Assembly (NCBI GenBank): GCA_021613535.1
Contig: CP075492.1
Coordinates: 2,542,001 to 2,606,000 of the forward strand
DNA from: Adineta vaga
Lineage: Eukaryota; Animalia; Rotifera
Length of the DNA stretch: 64,000 nt
Reading direction: 5' to 3'
Positions 58,913 to 64,000 of the stretch are shown here, piece by piece (position 1 is the stretch's first letter; every line of letters begins with the position of its first letter). The position numbers were made by a program, and so were the translations under genes. Under the pieces are notes generated by a model. The model saw only the letters and a list, made by a program, of their open reading frames with translations. It was not told where the DNA came from and did not search any database.

Positions 58913-60853
58913 TCAAACTGAGTTCTGTTGTTTATTATAAGCTCGTACAAGAATCGAACCAGTTGGTGGTAATAGATGCGAAGTTGAAAGTGGAGAGGCA
59001 AAACGCTCGACACGATCAGTGGGCAGTGTATTAGTTATTGAGGAAAACATAGAGGTTGTTGTTGTTGTTAATGAGCCAAGTTCCAATGCGGATGTCATGC
59101 TTGAGGCGAAAGAATTCTCCTTACTAAGATTCAGCCGATTCTGTTTGGCTGATGATGAACTATGTTCATTAATGTATTGTTCTCGATAATCAGTCATGTC
59201 CTTCACATTCTTTCTATTCTCACTTTTAGTTGATTTTGAAATTAGTTGTGATGAATTTAGATCATTCATGTCAGTTCGATGAGCATAACGGGAAGCGACT
59301 ATCAATCTGAACAACAGAAAAAATCTTTTTTTACAATACTTTCGAGGCGAGACAAAAACCTACTTATGAAAATAAAGACAGCATCGGCATAAGTAACAGC
59401 GAGCTATAAGACTAAGTAGACACAAGAGAGGTAACCCAATTCCAAGACCTAGTCCAAGTCCTAATGGAAAATAATTGATTTGTTTACCTATCGAAAAAAA
59501 TAGAAAAAACTGTATTAAGATCTGTATTATGATAAAAAAATACAAACTGGTCGTAGTAATCAACGAAGTTGTACTTGTGCTCTGTGGTTGTGTTATAACT
59601 ACGCCAGCCGTAGTCGTCTTTGGACCAACAATGAAATTGAAACAATACTGATTTGACATATAAAGATTAATATCGATAGCTACTGCACAAAATCTATAAG
59701 TCATTCCAAGTTGATCATCACTTGGAACCCACATAAGATTAATACCATAGGTAATGTCATCTTCAAGAAATGGAACATCTGTTTTAAGCATTCCTGGTGG
59801 ACTAGAAGTGATAAAATTGATGATACTTGTATTCGGCTCAATTCCACAACCACTTTGAGCATTGATAGTCGCTGTGTATGGAACATTGACTGCTGCATAA
59901 ACTGTACTTCCGTGTTGTGGATGGTCAGGATCAATACTGGTAATCACTGGTGGTAGAGTGCAATTTGTTGATAAATTTGTTTCATGATAAGCATAGAGAA
60001 CAAATTGTAGTGGAATAGAACTGAGTGGTTCAGTGGCATTTTCAAGAAAATCCTCTAATTGAACAGCGACAGCATAATAACCAGATGATGGAAGTGTAAT
60101 ATTGAGTGTACATACATTATTGTCTGAAATAAGTTCGGTAGAATTTGGAAGTGCCATTGAATGACAAACATCACCACATTCATTAATAATAATACCACTC
60201 CAATTCTGGAACGATTGGGCAAAACGACATTGAAGTATATCTCCATCAACATCAGCCATGGGAATGTCGATAGAAGCATCAATATTCACTGGTACAAGAA
60301 CAACAAATGGAATTGACGAAGTAGGCGAAGAATTGATCAAACCATTGTCCATACGTTCAGTCAAATTGAGATACATGCTGAGATTAGCTAAAGCGGTACC
60401 ATTAATCATATTTAAAGGTATCCATTCTAAATTTGTTGAATAACTCCCATAACCAATCACTAAACCATCTTCTTGAACAGTTAAATTGAGTGATACGAAG
60501 CTCTCACCAGAAGACATATTCAATGCATTGTTATAATCAGTACATGGAATAAGAGCCGTCAAATTTGTTGGAAAATCACTAGCATTACATGTTGTTAAGG
60601 ATGATAAACAATTCAATGTATTTGTACTGTTGTCACCAATTAAGCCGTACGATAATATAGTGCTCGGTGAACATGAACTTAACATAGTGCTTTTCTCCCA
60701 TGCATATCGTTGACTGATAATAATTGTTCGCGTAGTGTTGAATTCAGATTGATCTTTGGTTTCTGGCCGCCAACTGATGGTTCCACCGTGAAAGTAAGAT
60801 CCACATATAGGCCTCATAAAAAGTGTCACGATCAGAAATACATAGATGATCAT
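58913..60853 (-). CDS. Type I membrane glycoprotein of the expanded 'integrin-beta-like' family; multi-exon, 3' end may extend to ~58290
   Basis: Signal peptide, YFHGGTISWRP, NSSP, DVDGDILQCRFA..ECGDVC, YAVAVQLEDF..PLSSIPLQF, Thr-rich stalk, TM LGLGLGLGIGLPLLCLL, S/T-rich tail exon. Confidence 0.7.
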
Positions 60854-61227
60854 TTTGAAGAAATTGTGATGCACTTTCGTCAATAATACACTCTACTTGC
60901 AATGTTTTAAAATAATAATCAGTAACTATACGAGCTGCTGTATTTATTTCATTGTTGTCTGCTTGATGAAGACGTAAAACAAAGGTATATATTATGTTTT
61001 TTTTTCTTCAAACGAAATACAGCTTCTCTACGAATGCACAATACACACAGAATACTTGTATATGCAAAATGAAAAATTGTTTCAATATAATTATGTTCCA
61101 GTGCCTTGAAAAAGAAAATACATAAGAGATGCATAAAAAGAAGCTTTTCAATACTTGTGTATTCATTTCATTGTCATAAAAAAAGTACGAGGTCAGGACG
61201 TGAATAATGAAAGTGAAGAAATATATG

Positions 61228-61301
61228 CCCTCAAGATCATTTGATTTACACCCAACCTCACCCGTCGAGGGTGTGGGTGTTAGATAGATGTAGCACCCAC
61301 A
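61228..61301. repeat. GGGTGT palindromic element, spacer type C, plus half-elements
   Basis: 61267-61301 matches 58140-58174 at 33/35 bp. Confidence 0.8.
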
Positions 61302-62125
61302 AGCACTCTATAATATAGGACTTGAAGACCCAAACGTACCTCCTTAGTAAAGTATATTAGATATGCTTTCAGTATAAATTTTTTTTCATGAGTATGACCT
61401 ATGACCCGCGACAGACAGATAGACAAACAGATTTCGATTTTTGGTAACACTTTTTTCGAACACGACCCTCATTTCAGTCGAAGGAACAAGAAAAATCTCA
61501 AATTTTTCTGTAATAATATAAATCGTAGAACATGGTTAATTTCATAATTCACACAACGGAAAAAAAACCAACAAAAGCATGTATCTTCTTCTTCTTCTCA
61601 TTCATTTGGCGATATTAGTAGTTTAGTTTTCATCATTACAAGCACGTTACACACATCTCATTCGATATGCTAACACTAAAACTAAAACTAAAGGTCGACT
61701 TGATCTATCGTTCACGTGTACTCAATTTTTCTAAAGATCGACAAAGTTCAATTCATTCAAAGAGACCTATTGAAATAGTCCTTTAGCTAGTTTCAGTAGA
61801 ATCCTATGAAAATTAGTTCTAATACACATCATTGGATCGATCTGAACTTGCTCCACAAAATTTCTTCATTTCGTAATGTTCTCCTTATCTAATAAGATTC
61901 TTTGAACATTGTGGTCAGGCCTTCCATTATACCATAAGTATAACACTTCTAAAAAACACATTTTAATTATATTTCTCGATATAAGAAGTCGATTTTTTTT
62001 CTTGTGTAACATTCTTTTATGCATGTTAAATGAGAACATGGGTAAGAAGAAAAAAACAAGATGGTTCTTTTCTTATCATAATCATGATATGTAGGTAAAT
62101 CTATGAGAAAAAAACGTATTTGTCG

Positions 62126-62149
62126 CTCTCTCTCTCTCTCTCTCTCTCT
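62126..62149 (+). repeat. (CT)12 microsatellite
   Basis: Direct reading of the sequence. Confidence 0.9.
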
Positions 62150-63015
62150 GTTGAATCGTTAGAAAAACAGTTTGAATATAGATATCTATCTTGCTTGATC
62201 ATACATACCTCAAGCGATTGCAGAACGTTGTATTAATTCTGGTTCTATTGGTGTGGGGGCTGGTGCTAGATGCTGTCTTCCCTCTCGTTGTGTTTACGAT
62301 TATGCAAATCAGATTGGTCCAGATGGCTTTAAGAATATGGGTCGTTGTGGCTAATTCACGTAAGGTTTAGTGATGAAAACGTCTTAGATGTTCCTTGTTT
62401 TCGTTATAGGAAATATGCCGTATATATCTTCCAAAAAGCAGCCTTATCAACGATCACTATCATCGAATATTATAACTTAGGTGGTTGCTTCATTAATTCT
62501 TCTGGAATATTTATTCGTCGTTCTTTTGAAAATTTTTCCAGGTTCACTTCTAATACGTATATATATATACACGCAGAAAACGATTTTAACGAAAAAGGTA
62601 TTATAGTTGTGCTAATGATGTGCATATGAGTGAAATAAAACATTTCACCCAACCACACTCACACTCATCAATAGAATCAGATCTATGTAGCAGATTATGG
62701 AAATGATCGAATCGTTCGATTCGATAAAATTTATTAAAATGAACATTTTTGGTAACACGGAGATGAGAGTGTGAGTGAAATTGCTACGTTTCTTTTCCTA
62801 TAAATGTGCTTTATGATTTTGTCTTAAAAATAATGTATTATTTCCGAGATATCCACTTGGAAAAAAGAACCATGGGCGTATCATGTTTAACTATGTAAAT
62901 ACCTATCTATAAGGTAGCGAAATGCGTAGGAAACAATAGCAGTCTATTGACACATTGATTGCTCCTATTTAAAGTTCAGTAATCATTCATTGTGAATAAA
63001 ATTTAAAAAAAAACA

Positions 63016-63911
63016 ATGTACTTTCTTTTCTCTGGCCTGTTTCTTCCCATTATTAATGGTCTTGTCGCTGTCAAAATCATTCGAAACTCATTATATCATC
63101 CAAATTCTCCTTGCGCTTTTATTCGCAATGCTACTTTTGCTAATAATCCATCAATTCAATCATGCATTTGGGAATGTGTGTATGAATATGATTGTCAAAC
63201 CGCAATCTTTTTCTATGATACGAAAAATTGTTCGATGTTTTCTCAATTGTACGAAGAAGGTCGTATTGAATCGTCTGTAAATGTTCAAGCAAGTATTGTT
63301 TGTTATCGGAAAAATCATTGTAAGTTTGGAATGTTCGTATAATTCAATTTAAGACGAGTAAATTTTTGTTAGATCCAAGTAGTACATGTTTGTCTGTTGC
63401 AGAATCAACTCAAGAAAGAACAACAATAATGAAAGGCATAGTTACTACTACACCAAGTATGTAATTTAGAAATATTACACGTCTGTAATATTTCTACGAG
63501 TGACAAGTTTAGGAGCTGATTTGTTCATTCATAACATAAACTCATATTTTTCGTTTCTTTTCTCGCCTAGCTGTCATCTCAGCATCAACGCCTGTCATGA
63601 GCACATTTTCTTCAAATACAGAATATCAGATGATGAATAACATTTCAGAAAGCACTCCCATAACAATTAAATGCGTTTCACCAACAACTAATATCACTAT
63701 TGTGAATGCTTTCTATGGCGTTCATGATTTTGCAAATTGTGCTTGTGCAGCAACTAATTGTACGATAATGAATGTAACTCAAAAACTCTTTTCATATTGT
63801 GCTAACAATGGTAATGCTTCAACGTGTGCATTTAATGTTTCTAATATACTGTTTAATGATACTTGTTATATGGGTCGAAAAACGTTTTCGTTAACATTTC
63901 TTTGTAAGTGA
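63016..63911 (+). CDS. Secreted PAN/Apple + SUEL/galactose-lectin-like protein; 3 exons (63016-63319, 63373-63456, 63571-63911)
   Basis: SIQSCIWECVYEYDCQTAIFF...CSMF (PAN); ITIKC....ITIVNAFYG...C...C.FNVSNILFNDTC..GRK (SUEL). Introns keep frame. Confidence 0.75.
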
Positions 63912-64000
63912 CTAGAGAATTTCATATTTGTCGGATGCTAATAAATATTTCTGTATAAACCTATACAAATGGACTATACGAATTGCTCTATCGTTCACTA

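Noticed and set aside
61335-61495. Possible Helitron/SINE-like element with ACAG microsatellite
   Set aside because: Single copy in the window; termini not demonstrable.
4436-62777. Palindrome-plus-spacer family as a CRISPR array
   Set aside because: Copies are dispersed and inverted rather than tandem direct repeats, the context is eukaryotic, and there are no cas genes.

Overview
This is AT-rich eukaryotic DNA with short (~45-60 nt) GT-AG introns. The gene families (orphan rhodopsin-type GPCRs, F-box/LRR-like, NHL, ART-TPR, cellular RdRP, bacterial/fungal-type genes) point to a bdelloid rotifer; this assignment is inference. Intact genes include five GPCRs, two F-box paralogues, a CmcI-like methyltransferase, a 9-exon RRM-RdRP, a 1293-aa ART-TPR protein, MFSD1, two Cys-rich surface proteins, a type I membrane protein and a PAN/lectin protein. 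A co-oriented minus-strand block encodes a long coiled-coil protein, an AAA ATPase, a tetra-ubiquitin-like protein and an ADP-ribosyltransferase. Many pseudogene fragments lie between the genes. Three observations stand out. (1) A probable two-gene operon pairs a 981-aa coiled coil, whose only hydrophobic segment sits at its midpoint, with an AAA ATPase carrying SAM-like, coiled-coil, degenerate second AAA and CHORD-like zinc-finger parts; the 112-bp gap has a poly(A) signal and an unpaired splice acceptor. (2) About 28 dispersed short palindromes, CATCTTGAGGGTGTGGGT-spacer-ACCCACACCCTCAAGATG, are built from telomere-like TGTGGG/TGAGGG units, fall into spacer subfamilies, and repeatedly sit at the breakpoints of truncated or chimeric gene fragments. 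(3) The tetra-ubiquitin has lost every di-Gly, K48 and K63. All family assignments come from motif recognition by eye; no searches were run.
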